Virus record (IMG/VR): IMGVR_UViG_3300031660_000001
Direction: 5' to 3' (one strand)
From: an uncultured virus (IMG/VR IMGVR_UViG_3300031660_000001)
Lineage: Duplodnaviria; Heunggongvirae; Uroviricota; Caudoviricetes; Crassvirales
DNA: 64,000 bases
The position numbers and the translations under genes are program-made. Of the stretch, positions 47,315-55,220 are shown piece after piece; position 1 is the first letter of the stretch, and each line of letters starts with the position of its first letter. The notes under the pieces are model-generated. The model saw nothing but the letters and a program-made list of their open reading frames with translations, had not been told where the DNA came from and made no database searches.

Positions 47315-47647
47315 TTAAGGCTTTGATAGGTTATTATTATAGTTAGTTTCAATTTCTATTAATTCTTTTTTTAAGCAATTTTCTTTTAATGATCTTCTTA
47401 ATATTATATTATTTTCTTTGCAATACATTGAAAGAGGCTTACCCCAATTTCCACTTATTTTATTAAATTGTGTTAAAATTGCTTTTGCTTCTTGTTCAAA
47501 TTGTGTCCCGTATCCGTTCTGCATTTGCATTAAAAAAGTTTCTTTGGTTTCTGTTCCATAGTTTAAAGTAATAGTTCCACAGAAATAAGAATTTCCGTTT
47601 TTATTGTCAAACCATTCTTTGGCATTTACATCGATTGTGTTTATCAT
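47315..47647 (-). CDS. Hypothetical early protein (WFD..NGNSYF…GYG)
   Basis: ORF track. Confidence 0.7.
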   Translation of the reverse strand: MINTIDVNAKEWFDNKNGNSYFCGTITLNYGTETKETFLMQMQNGYGTQFEQEAKAILTQFNKISGNWGKPLSMYCKENNIILRRSLKENCLKKELIEIETNYNNNLSKP

Positions 47648-47675
47648 AATTATTTATTTAGTTTATTATTAAGTT

Positions 47676-48188
47676 TTATTTATAATTTATAGTTTCTAAT
47701 TTGTTTAATCTTTCTAACCTTTCATTCACTGGTAATGTGTCCCAGTTGTTCGGCTTCTCCCAATTTGGGATATTAGCTTTCATTGTAGCAAATACGATCC
47801 TTTCTTTATATTTTAGTTTGTCTTCTTTGCTTTCGTTCTGGTTTGTTAAATTACCCAACTTTAAAAACGCACTCATAAAATTTAATGAATCGTTTTTGTT
47901 TTCTTTTTGTCCTTTGCCTTCCATCATATTAGACATTTCTTTATTAGATATTTTCTTTGCTAGATGTCTTATTCCCGTACTTGTTTGGGTCATTTGCTTT
48001 GCTGTACTCATTGAATATCTTTTTTCGTTTTCATACCATTGCCCGTCCTTATATATAAAAATTGGATAGTACCCGTATGATTTAACAATATAACAACCGT
48101 TTTGATTTTCGGCACTTAAATTGTTTGCTTTGAATTCTTTTTTGTTTGTTGTAAAATAGTGACTTTCTTTGTTGGATGTTTTTTTCAT
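47676..48188 (-). CDS. Hypothetical early protein (Y.V.SYG.YP…YS.ST.KQ)
   Basis: ORF track. Confidence 0.7.
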   Translation of the reverse strand: MKKTSNKESHYFTTNKKEFKANNLSAENQNGCYIVKSYGYYPIFIYKDGQWYENEKRYSMSTAKQMTQTSTGIRHLAKKISNKEMSNMMEGKGQKENKNDSLNFMSAFLKLGNLTNQNESKEDKLKYKERIVFATMKANIPNWEKPNNWDTLPVNERLERLNKLETINYK

Positions 48189-48209
48189 GATTATTTTTAT
48201 TTATTTAAT

Positions 48210-48353
48210 TTAATATTTATAACTTTTTTTGATTTTATTATACGACACGTTTTTATTGTCGCAATATTTCATTGCTTCATCAAATAATATAAATAGATTA
48301 TTATTTACAAAGTAATGAGGGGTTGAGCTTCTTTCTATTTTTAATTTGTGCAT
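48210..48353 (-). CDS. 47-aa hypothetical protein MHKLKIERSS…
   Basis: Read manually. Confidence 0.5.
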   Translation of the reverse strand: MHKLKIERSSTPHYFVNNNLFILFDEAMKYCDNKNVSYNKIKKSYKY

Positions 48354-48376
48354 AATTATATATTTAAATTAATTGT

Positions 48377-48553
48377 TTATTTAATTATTTGTATATCGTA
48401 AATTGATTTATTATTTATTTTACAATCGGTTAATATTTGAACCGCATAAGGTGTAATTTCTGAAGGTGGGCAGTTATTCGCTTTTAATAAATCTTCTATG
48501 TATTTTAATTTTTTAATTGTTATTAAATTAGTAATTCTTTTCAATGCGCTCAT
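48377..48553 (-). CDS. 58-aa hypothetical protein MSALKRITNL…, first gene of the leftward unit
   Basis: Read manually; follows a minus-strand promoter box. Confidence 0.5.
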   Translation of the reverse strand: MSALKRITNLITIKKLKYIEDLLKANNCPPSEITPYAVQILTDCKINNKSIYDIQIIK

Positions 48554-48584
48554 AATTGTATAGGGTTTTAAGTATTAATTTATT

Positions 48585-48592
48585 CAAAGATA
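48585..48592 (-). promoter_or_regulatory. Leftward -7 promoter box TATCTTTG
   Basis: caaagata on the plus strand, at the head of the minus-strand block. Confidence 0.65.
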
Positions 48593-48807
48593 TACTATTT
48601 TTTTATATAAAACTATTATTTTAGTATTAAATTATGTTTAAACAACCTGCAACAGGTAGAAAAAACTTTTATAATGCTTTATACATAACGTTTAAACAGG
48701 CTTATGTTCTGTACTTTAGGCGGTTACATTTGTAAACTTTGGGGGTGTTTTGTTTTCATTTGTAAATTGTCGCGGGGGTATTACTCTTTAATGACGCATG
48801 TGTGAAC

Positions 48808-48837
48808 AGAGAGAGGGAGGAAGGGAAGGGAAGAAGG
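48808..48837 (+). repeat. 30-bp homopurine tract
   Basis: agagagagggaggaagggaagggaagaagg. Confidence 0.9.
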
Positions 48838-48848
48838 TATAGGATAAA

Positions 48849-48897
48849 GCGCGTGTGCGTACGTGCGTGTGCGCGTGTGCGTGTGCGTGTGCGCGTG
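48849..48897. repeat. 49-bp perfect purine-pyrimidine alternation (GC/GT)
   Basis: gcgcgtgtgcgtacgtgcgtgtgcgcgtgtgcgtgtgcgtgtgcgcgtg. Confidence 0.95.
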
Positions 48898-49062
48898 GGT
48901 AATAGGACTACCCTTGATAGTAAAAGCCAAACAATCTGAAAGAAAAATTTATGTTCCTCTGTTGACCTCTGAATATTTTCGGTTTCCTTTTTAGCGTCTC
49001 GTCTCGTATGAAGACATATAACCCTAAACCTCTATATATGTAATGCAAAAAAAAATTTTTAC

Positions 49063-49070
49063 TATATTTG
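49063..49070 (+). promoter_or_regulatory. -7 promoter box TATATTTG
   Basis: Upstream of the ATG at 49087. Confidence 0.65.
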
Positions 49071-49086
49071 TATTAAACTTTATACT

Positions 49087-49284
49087 ATGAATAGTAATGA
49101 TTACGTTAAAGGCCTATACGTTAAGAACGGTAGGTTAATCAATGATCGTAAAGACGGAGAGTCAGGTATCGCTAGAGCGGCTTCAATTAAGAGAGCTGTA
49201 GATAATGACAGAAAAATTAACCAGATAGCTGAAGGAATTCAGTTAGCAGAAAACAAGAAAAACTTTAATCAATTAGAGTATTAA
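49087..49284 (+). CDS. 65-aa hypothetical protein (GLYVKNGRLIN)
   Basis: Bounded by a promoter box and a terminator. Confidence 0.75.
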   Translation: MNSNDYVKGLYVKNGRLINDRKDGESGIARAASIKRAVDNDRKINQIAEGIQLAENKKNFNQLEY

Positions 49285-49314
49285 AAAAAATTGTTCTGTT
49301 TCGATTAGTTGATT

Positions 49315-49350
49315 GAAGAGGGATTTCTAACGAGATCCTTCTTTTTTTTT
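49315..49350 (+). terminator. Intrinsic terminator
   Basis: agagggatttc/gagatccttct stem followed by T9. Confidence 0.75.
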
Positions 49351-49646
49351 GTGTCGATTTTGGATTTAACATAATGTTGAAAATCCGAAGTACTATGCAT
49401 GCATAGTAAATAAATTTTTAGGCAACCCTAAAAAACAGCCTAAAATGTCGATAATCGACACTAAGGTGTCAATAATTTTTTAAAATCGACACTAATTAAT
49501 TGTTTGATTATCAATACTTTAACTACTATATTTATTACTTGTGTCGATAATGTCGAAAAAAAACCTATTATACTATAGTAAAAAAAAGTAAAAAGTAAAA
49601 AACACTATAGTCTGTATATGAACAAGAAAATCGACATTTCCGACAC
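49351..49646. repeat. Cluster of TGTCGA/TCGACA repeats; candidate replication origin
   Basis: Exact copies at 49352, 49446, 49455, 49486, 49542, 49551, 49631, plus variants, in AT-rich non-coding DNA. Confidence 0.6.
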
Positions 49647-49669
49647 CATTATAAAATCAATTTATTTAC

Positions 49670-49677
49670 TATCTTTG
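49670..49677 (+). promoter_or_regulatory. -7 promoter box TATCTTTG for groEL
   Basis: TAnnTTTG upstream of the ATG at 49700. Confidence 0.65.
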
Positions 49678-49699
49678 TTTTAAATCAAATTTAATTTTA

Positions 49700-51298
49700 A
49701 TGAAACAATCATACATTCCAAAAGACTTAACGTTTGACAATGAAGGTCGCTCAAAATTGATCAAAGGAATTTCTAAAATATCTAAAGCAGTTAAGAGTAC
49801 CTTAGGCCCTAGAGGCCGCACTGTTCTAATCGAATCTCCAGAACATCTTGCAGGTATCACAGTGACTAAGGATGGTGTGACTGTAGCTAATTCAATCTTC
49901 TTGGATGATCCAATAGAAAACTTAGCTATACAGATGATGAAAGATGCTGCTAGTAGAACTGCCCAGCAAGCTGGTGATGGTACCACTACGGCAATCGTTT
50001 TGACCGAGGCTATTGTAAATGCGGGTGAGACTCACTTAACTCCGGAGCATAATGTAACTGAGGTTATTAAATACATAAATAAATTTAAAGATAATTTGAT
50101 TGAAAAGCTTGAGAAGGGATCTAAAAAGATTACTAAGTCTAGGTTATTAGATGTTGCTACCATATCGGCTAACAACGATAAAGAGATTGGATCAATTATA
50201 GCGGATGCTTACAAAAAAGTTGGGAATGATGGGATAGTTACCGTGGAGAAGAGTATGAATCATGAGACGTATGCTGAGGTTACTAACGGGATTAAAGTAG
50301 ATCGTGGATATACATCCAACTTATTTCTAAACAACCAGCGTAAGGATGAATGCATTATGGAGGATGTAATGGTTCTAGTGTGTGACCAGGAGATTAATAA
50401 CATCTTGCAAATTGAGAATGTACTTAAGCCTATTATACAGCAAAACAAAAAACTTTTAATGATTGCGCCTTGTTCGGCTAATGTAATTAATACACTTGCC
50501 GCTAACGTGGTAAGAAACGGACTGCAATTATGTAATATTGTTCCTCCAAACTTTGGATACAAGCAGCATGAGCTGATGCAAGACATAGCATTTGCGGTTG
50601 GAGCGAAATACTATTCAGAAAAAACAGGAGATGACTTAAGTTTACTAAGTCTAACCGACCTAGGCCATGTAGATAAAATTATAGTTGGTAAATCCACTAG
50701 TGTTTTAATCAAAGATGCACCTATAACACAAGAAACTACGGATCGTATAGCTGAGCTTAGAGAGCAGCAAGAAGCTACAACCTTCCAATCTGACCGAGAT
50801 TTCATTAACGAACGTATAGCAAGCCTTGCAGGAGCCATAGGCTGTATCTATGTTGGTGGAAATAGTGATATTGAACAAAAAGAAAAATTTGACCGAGTCG
50901 ATGACTCGGTATGCGCTGTGCGCAGTGCTATGCAAGAAGGAATTATAACTGGAGGAGGGTTAGCTTTGTTCAATACAGTAGATAATTTAAGTTCTAGTGC
51001 AACTAACTCTAACCAGGCAGTGGCATTTAAAATACTAAAAGAAGCGGTGAAGGTGCCTTTGAAACAAATTATTATTAATTCAGGTAAAAATCCTAATGAT
51101 ATTATTGTTTTATTTTTACCAGAGAATCCTGACCACGGTTATGATGTAAAAAACGAAAAGATGGGAGACATGTTTAAGATGGGAGTAATAGATCCCCTTA
51201 AGGTTACTAAGAATGCATTAATTAATGCAGTGTCTGTAGCAACGACAATACTGTCCACTAACGCAATAGTAACACACGCTAGAGCACAAATAACTTAA
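49700..51298 (+). CDS. groEL: Phage chaperonin GroEL
   Basis: TLGPRGR, TKDGVTVA, AGDGTTTA, ISAN, GGG.AL, GVIDP.KV; no GGM tail. Confidence 0.95.
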   Translation: MKQSYIPKDLTFDNEGRSKLIKGISKISKAVKSTLGPRGRTVLIESPEHLAGITVTKDGVTVANSIFLDDPIENLAIQMMKDAASRTAQQAGDGTTTAIVLTEAIVNAGETHLTPEHNVTEVIKYINKFKDNLIEKLEKGSKKITKSRLLDVATISANNDKEIGSIIADAYKKVGNDGIVTVEKSMNHETYAEVTNGIKVDRGYTSNLFLNNQRKDECIMEDVMVLVCDQEINNILQIENVLKPIIQQNKKLLMIAPCSANVINTLAANVVRNGLQLCNIVPPNFGYKQHELMQDIAFAVGAKYYSEKTGDDLSLLSLTDLGHVDKIIVGKSTSVLIKDAPITQETTDRIAELREQQEATTFQSDRDFINERIASLAGAIGCIYVGGNSDIEQKEKFDRVDDSVCAVRSAMQEGIITGGGLALFNTVDNLSSSATNSNQAVAFKILKEAVKVPLKQIIINSGKNPNDIIVLFLPENPDHGYDVKNEKMGDMFKMGVIDPLKVTKNALINAVSVATTILSTNAIVTHARAQIT

Positions 51299-51300
51299 TT

Positions 51301-51540
51301 ATGGCACACGAACCACATGCATTTGAAAATCAAATCTTTCAACACTTTAGAGATAATGCTAAGAAGATTAATAACTGTATTGAATTTTTAACAGAACACA
51401 ACTACACTGTTATAGATTTGGAAGGAGAAATTATCACAAAAGATAATTTAAAGAAACAAGATAAATTTGATTTAGACTTTAAAGAATCAAGCAACTACAG
51501 GATACCTAAACTAAAAAAAAATAATGAAACCAATAGGTAA
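51301..51540 (+). CDS. Hypothetical protein between groEL and groES
   Basis: ORF track. Confidence 0.65.
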   Translation: MAHEPHAFENQIFQHFRDNAKKINNCIEFLTEHNYTVIDLEGEIITKDNLKKQDKFDLDFKESSNYRIPKLKKNNETNR

Positions 51541-51781
51541 ATATATTATCATCAACAAGATTGAAGAAGAGCATAAAACTGAATCAGGCTTGTTGTTATC
51601 AGCAGCTGATGTGCAAGAGTTTCGTTATATCAAAGGGGAGGTTGTAAAATCAGGAAGTGATGTAAGTGTAATTCACGAAAAAGATATTATCTACTATGAT
51701 AGTGGGGCAGGTCACAGTATGTTTATTGGAGATAAGCCGTATACCATCATCACTGAGAGAGATGTCGTTGTTGTTTTATAA
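51524..51781 (+). CDS. groES: Co-chaperonin GroES
   Basis: MKPIGKYIII…KTESGLLL…GEVV..G…I.ERDV. Confidence 0.85.
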   Translation: MKPIGKYIIINKIEEEHKTESGLLLSAADVQEFRYIKGEVVKSGSDVSVIHEKDIIYYDSGAGHSMFIGDKPYTIITERDVVVVL

Positions 51782-52229
51782 ACTCATTCATTTCAATCAT
51801 AGTGTTTCTGTAAACTTTATCCATGTAAGAGGCATCGTTACGGAATAAAGGATTTGAATGTGCTGTCTCCGCAACCTCTTCACCATTAAGTTTTTTATAA
51901 ATCATCGTTATAATGCGTTTAGCTTTATAAGTTAACTCGTATAGAGTTGCTTCATTACCCTGGCGTTTTCTCCACACATGTATCCAATCATCCCTAAGCA
52001 TTCTAGAGAATCTTTTAATATCCCAACTCATAACTTCTTCGTAAGTACTAAACTGTGTCTTGTTAAAAATATCCTCGCTGTATAAGAACAATAACATTTC
52101 TAAATCTGGAGTAGTAAGGCCATACTTAGCCTTTACCCAGTAACGGATAACTCTCCAATATTTTAAATAATTATGTGATGGTATTCGCCTAGTCGTAGGC
52201 TTTCGTTTTTGAACTCCTTTAATTTTCAT
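51750..52229 (-). CDS. Putative winged-helix transcription regulator
   Basis: YGLTTPDLEMLLFL…LYELTYKA, MarR-like pattern. Confidence 0.55.
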   Translation of the reverse strand: MKIKGVQKRKPTTRRIPSHNYLKYWRVIRYWVKAKYGLTTPDLEMLLFLYSEDIFNKTQFSTYEEVMSWDIKRFSRMLRDDWIHVWRKRQGNEATLYELTYKAKRIITMIYKKLNGEEVAETAHSNPLFRNDASYMDKVYRNTMIEMNEFIKQQRHLSQ

Positions 52230-52242
52230 TAAATTTAATTTG

Positions 52243-52258
52243 TATATTTGTAAAGATA
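52243..52258. promoter_or_regulatory. Abutting face-to-face -7 boxes (+ TATATTTG 52243-52250; - TATCTTTA 52251-52258)
   Basis: Sequence tgtatatttgtaaagataat between divergent genes. Confidence 0.55.
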
Positions 52259-52284
52259 ATAATTACTAATTTAAAAATATAATT

Positions 52285-52389
52285 ATGCCAACAGTAGGAA
52301 AAAAGAAATTTGCATATACTCCAAAAGGAAAGGCATCAGCTAAAAAAGCCGCTAAAAAAACAGGCAAAAAAGTTAAATCTAAATATTAA
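52285..52389 (+). CDS. 34-aa Lys-rich microprotein MPTVGKKKFAYTPKGKASAKKAAKKTGKKVKSKY
   Basis: Read manually; first ATG after the promoter box. Confidence 0.75.
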   Translation: MPTVGKKKFAYTPKGKASAKKAAKKTGKKVKSKY

Positions 52390-52390
52390 C

Positions 52391-52630
52391 ATGCCAGATA
52401 AAAAAAGAACTAAAACGCAAAAAAAAGCTGATAGACAAAAAACAGTTACTTACATTAAGACCTCTAAGTATGGGCCAAATAAAGTAAGAAAAATTTCTAA
52501 AAATGCTGCTCGTAGAAAAGTAAATAGAAAAATGAGTCAAGATATTAGTCCGGTAGATAAGCCTTTGACTATTTTAATTAAAGATAATGCTAAGAACAAG
52601 CGTCCTCCTAGTATTAAATCAATGTTATAA
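52391..52630 (+). CDS. Basic hypothetical protein MPDKKRTK… (ATG at 52391, not 52310)
   Basis: Starts right after the stop at 52389. Confidence 0.65.
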   Translation: MPDKKRTKTQKKADRQKTVTYIKTSKYGPNKVRKISKNAARRKVNRKMSQDISPVDKPLTILIKDNAKNKRPPSIKSML

Positions 52631-52663
52631 TTGATGGCAAAGTAAAAAAAGCTAAAAAATAAA

Positions 52664-52915
52664 ATGCCACCTAGAAAAGGAAAAGCTAAAGTTAAAGTCA
52701 CCTCTTCAGGCAAGCGTGTAAGCTACGGTCAAGCTGGCAGTGCAAAAGGAGGAGGCCCAAGAGTAAGACCTGGTACTTCTAAAGGTGATAGCTACTGCGC
52801 TAGAAGCCTGGGAATAAAAAGAAGACTATCCAAGAAAAAACAAAACGATCCTAACACCCCAAACAATCTATCTCGTAAGCGTTGGAAATGTGTTGGAGCT
52901 AAGTCTAAAAGATAA
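52664..52915 (+). CDS. Basic protein (VSYGQAG…SYCARS…RWKC)
   Basis: ORF track. Confidence 0.75.
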   Translation: MPPRKGKAKVKVTSSGKRVSYGQAGSAKGGGPRVRPGTSKGDSYCARSLGIKRRLSKKKQNDPNTPNNLSRKRWKCVGAKSKR

Positions 52916-52957
52916 TAATAAATAATTCTTATATTTGTAATATATAAAACTATTATT

Positions 52958-53155
52958 ATGCACAAACAAGGATATAATTCAAGACTAGACGAATCATTAG
53001 GAGCTAGAAACGGAAAGAAAAAACAATCTATGAAATCTCGTAGAGATGAATCAAAAGGAATGTCCAAAAAAATGTACGGTCACGCTTATGGCGCTGACAA
53101 GTCTATGTCATACAGACACACTGCTAAAGTAGTTAAGCACGATCATTTAAGTTAA
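52958..53155 (+). CDS. Basic protein (QGYNSRLDESLG)
   Basis: ORF track; TATATTTG at 52930-52937. Confidence 0.75.
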   Translation: MHKQGYNSRLDESLGARNGKKKQSMKSRRDESKGMSKKMYGHAYGADKSMSYRHTAKVVKHDHLS

Positions 53156-53158
53156 ATT

Positions 53159-53314
53159 ATGGCTAAAGATTTTATACAGAACGTATTTCAAGGAGCTAAA
53201 AAAAGAGGAACTTTAGGGGATTGCACTGGTGATAAATTTGGAAGTCAAAGTTGTCCTAAGGGCAGTAAGAAATATAATTTTGCCAAAACAATGCGCAAAA
53301 TAAATAAAAAGTAA
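53159..53314 (+). CDS. 51-aa basic protein MAKDFIQNVFQGAKKRGTLGDCTG…SCP…KINKK
   Basis: Read manually; fills the gap. Confidence 0.7.
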   Translation: MAKDFIQNVFQGAKKRGTLGDCTGDKFGSQSCPKGSKKYNFAKTMRKINKK

Positions 53315-53324
53315 ATAAAATCAA

Positions 53325-53525
53325 ATGGCAAAGAGTAAAAAATTTATTGGATTAGATAAAGAACAAGATAATTCTTTAGAAGTCTATAAAAAAAACATGG
53401 CTCTTAGGGCTATAGAATTAAAGCAAAGAATAGTAAATGTTGCAGAGCTTAATAAAATGTTAGAAGAGAAAGCTGATAAAGACGCAAAACTTAAAAAGAA
53501 AAATGGCAAAGCAAAAAAAAAGTAA
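53325..53525 (+). CDS. Basic hypothetical protein
   Basis: ORF track. Confidence 0.6.
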   Translation: MAKSKKFIGLDKEQDNSLEVYKKNMALRAIELKQRIVNVAELNKMLEEKADKDAKLKKKNGKAKKK

Positions 53526-53751
53526 AGACACTTTAAGTGCAAAAAAAATTAGCGAAAGTAAACTTGCGAGTGGCTTAGTGAACTTAAAGAAAAAGATGGA
53601 TAGTATTGCTAGGGGGAAATCAACGAATAATATTAATTTTAGCACAAAAGATATAAATGCTATAGTTAATAATAGATATAATTCTTCTATGGCTAAATCT
53701 TTTAAAAAACAAAAAAGAAAATTAGATTCAATGGCTAAATTGAAAAAATAA
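53503..53751 (+). CDS. Basic hypothetical protein
   Basis: ORF track. Confidence 0.6.
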   Translation: MAKQKKSKDTLSAKKISESKLASGLVNLKKKMDSIARGKSTNNINFSTKDINAIVNNRYNSSMAKSFKKQKRKLDSMAKLKK

Positions 53752-53753
53752 TT

Positions 53754-53978
53754 ATGGGGAAAACTTGTAGAATATCTGTTTTAGGAAAAAGTTTTAAAGG
53801 TAAGGTTTCTAAAGAACAAAGAAAACAAATTAATAACTGTAAGTTGGAAAAATTTAAAAACAAAGGTAAAAGTCTTTTAAATAAAACTAGAGATTTTGTA
53901 AAAAAACCAGTGATTACAACTAAAAGTGGAGACACTATAAGTCTTAGAAATCCAATAATTAGAAAACAAAATAAATAA
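53754..53978 (+). CDS. Basic hypothetical protein
   Basis: ORF track. Confidence 0.6.
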   Translation: MGKTCRISVLGKSFKGKVSKEQRKQINNCKLEKFKNKGKSLLNKTRDFVKKPVITTKSGDTISLRNPIIRKQNK

Positions 53979-53986
53979 AAAGATAA

Positions 53987-54070
53987 GTGAATAAAATTAA
54001 ACCATGTCAGTGCGGAACAACTCAAGATCCAAATGGAAATTGTGACGGCTCACATCTATTAAATATATGA
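53987..54070 (+). CDS. 27-aa CDGSH-type Fe-S microprotein (GTG start) MNKIKPCQCGTTQDPNGNCDGSHLLNI
   Basis: CxC…CDGSH motif; ATGA overlap with the next gene. Confidence 0.65.
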   Translation: MNKIKPCQCGTTQDPNGNCDGSHLLNI

Positions 54071-54213
54071 AATCAAAAGGACTCGGGGATAGTATTGAAA
54101 AATTTACTACAGCAACAGGAATAAAAAAAGTAGTTGACACTGTGACTCAAGGTGGGTGTGGGTGCAACGATCGTAAGGATAGTTTAAACAGAATGTTTCC
54201 TTACAAAAAATAA
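54067..54213 (+). CDS. 48-aa protein MKSKGLGDSIEK…GCGCNDRKDSLNRMFPYKK
   Basis: Read manually; GLGD…CGC..R…LN pattern. Confidence 0.75.
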   Translation: MKSKGLGDSIEKFTTATGIKKVVDTVTQGGCGCNDRKDSLNRMFPYKK

Positions 54214-54242
54214 GAGAATTTTTAACCCTCTAAAACAAAAAA

Positions 54243-55010
54243 ATGGCATATCCAAAAATTACAGTTAACACAGCTTTAGCTTTAGAAATATTAGCTAGTG
54301 ATACATTAACAATACCAGCACCAGACTTACCTGTATTGTCAGGTACTTCCACAGGAATTACAAGCGGAACAGCAAACGCTAATGTTGTTAGTGAATTAGT
54401 AGATACTACAACAGACTTTTTAGCCGCAACACCTCCACTACCAGTTGTAGTAGGAGATACAGTTATTTCAATAGTGTCTGGAGCAGCAACTGCTGCAATA
54501 GCACCTATTACAGCAACAGGAATAGCTTTAGGAGCAGATATATTTCCTGAGGGAAATGAAACTTATGCTATTGTTAAAGCAAGTCATTTAATTGTATCTG
54601 GAGAAACATTTGTAACCAAAGGTGTAAGTATTGGAGATATAGTGTATAACACAACTGCTAACACTAGTAGTTCTGTGGTATCAGTAAATAATAATACTGA
54701 TATAACATTAGCAGATGACTTATTTGGTGGAAGTGCAACTTTTAATGACAACTACGAAATATATTTAGGAGGCCCTAATGGATCTTCCAGGATAAATTCT
54801 GCTGAAGGATGTTTACTTTATGTAGGAAGCTCTTTAAGTCCAATGACATTGGCTGGTAGTTATACAACGGTAAAAGTAAAAACAGTTGCGGGAAATGATG
54901 TAACTTTTAATAATTTTCCAGTAGGAAATTATTTACCTATACAAATTCTTCAATTATTTTCAACAGGGACTGACGCTGTGTCAAGAAATAATTGTGTAGC
55001 AATATGGTAG
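54243..55010 (+). CDS. Putative virion structural protein with nested beta domains
   Basis: T/S/V-rich; C-terminal LYVG…V.T..G.DVTF…G..LP.Q. Confidence 0.65.
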   Translation: MAYPKITVNTALALEILASDTLTIPAPDLPVLSGTSTGITSGTANANVVSELVDTTTDFLAATPPLPVVVGDTVISIVSGAATAAIAPITATGIALGADIFPEGNETYAIVKASHLIVSGETFVTKGVSIGDIVYNTTANTSSSVVSVNNNTDITLADDLFGGSATFNDNYEIYLGGPNGSSRINSAEGCLLYVGSSLSPMTLAGSYTTVKVKTVAGNDVTFNNFPVGNYLPIQILQLFSTGTDAVSRNNCVAIW

Positions 55011-55055
55011 ATTACATACAAACAAACTCGGCCTTTTTAGAAATAAAAATAACAT

Positions 55056-55220
55056 ATGAAATTGTTAATAATGACAGACTGGAAACTATACGCTCTTAAT
55101 AGCGCTGCACTTGGACTATCTTTAACGGAAATAGAAACGAGTCTAAAGATAATATTACTTCTTTTGACAATAGGTTATACTGTTCACAAATGGTTAAAGA
55201 TAAAAAAAAATGATAAGTGA
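55056..55220 (+). CDS. Putative small holin with two in-frame starts (55056 and 55071)
   Basis: MKLLI-MTDWKLYALNSAALGLSLTEIETSLKIILLLLTIGYTVHKWLKIKKNDK; overlaps the endolysin start. Confidence 0.6.
   Translation: MKLLIMTDWKLYALNSAALGLSLTEIETSLKIILLLLTIGYTVHKWLKIKKNDK

Noticed and set aside
49351..49646. CRISPR array
   Set aside because: Repeats are only 6-9 bp, irregularly spaced and in both orientations
49669..50935. Minus-strand ORFs opposite groEL
   Set aside because: Antisense shadows of a conserved gene
52310..52390. TTG-start extension of ORF 52310-52630
   Set aside because: Overlaps the better 34-aa ORF 52285-52389; the ATG at 52391 follows its stop
55004..55099. 31-aa ORF MVDYIQTNSAF…
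   Set aside because: Overlaps both neighbours and has no motif; cannot be supported
55202..55210. A9 run as a holin-endolysin fusion slip site (also A9 before groES)
   Set aside because: These runs sit just upstream of start codons and are explained by A-rich Bacteroidota initiation regions
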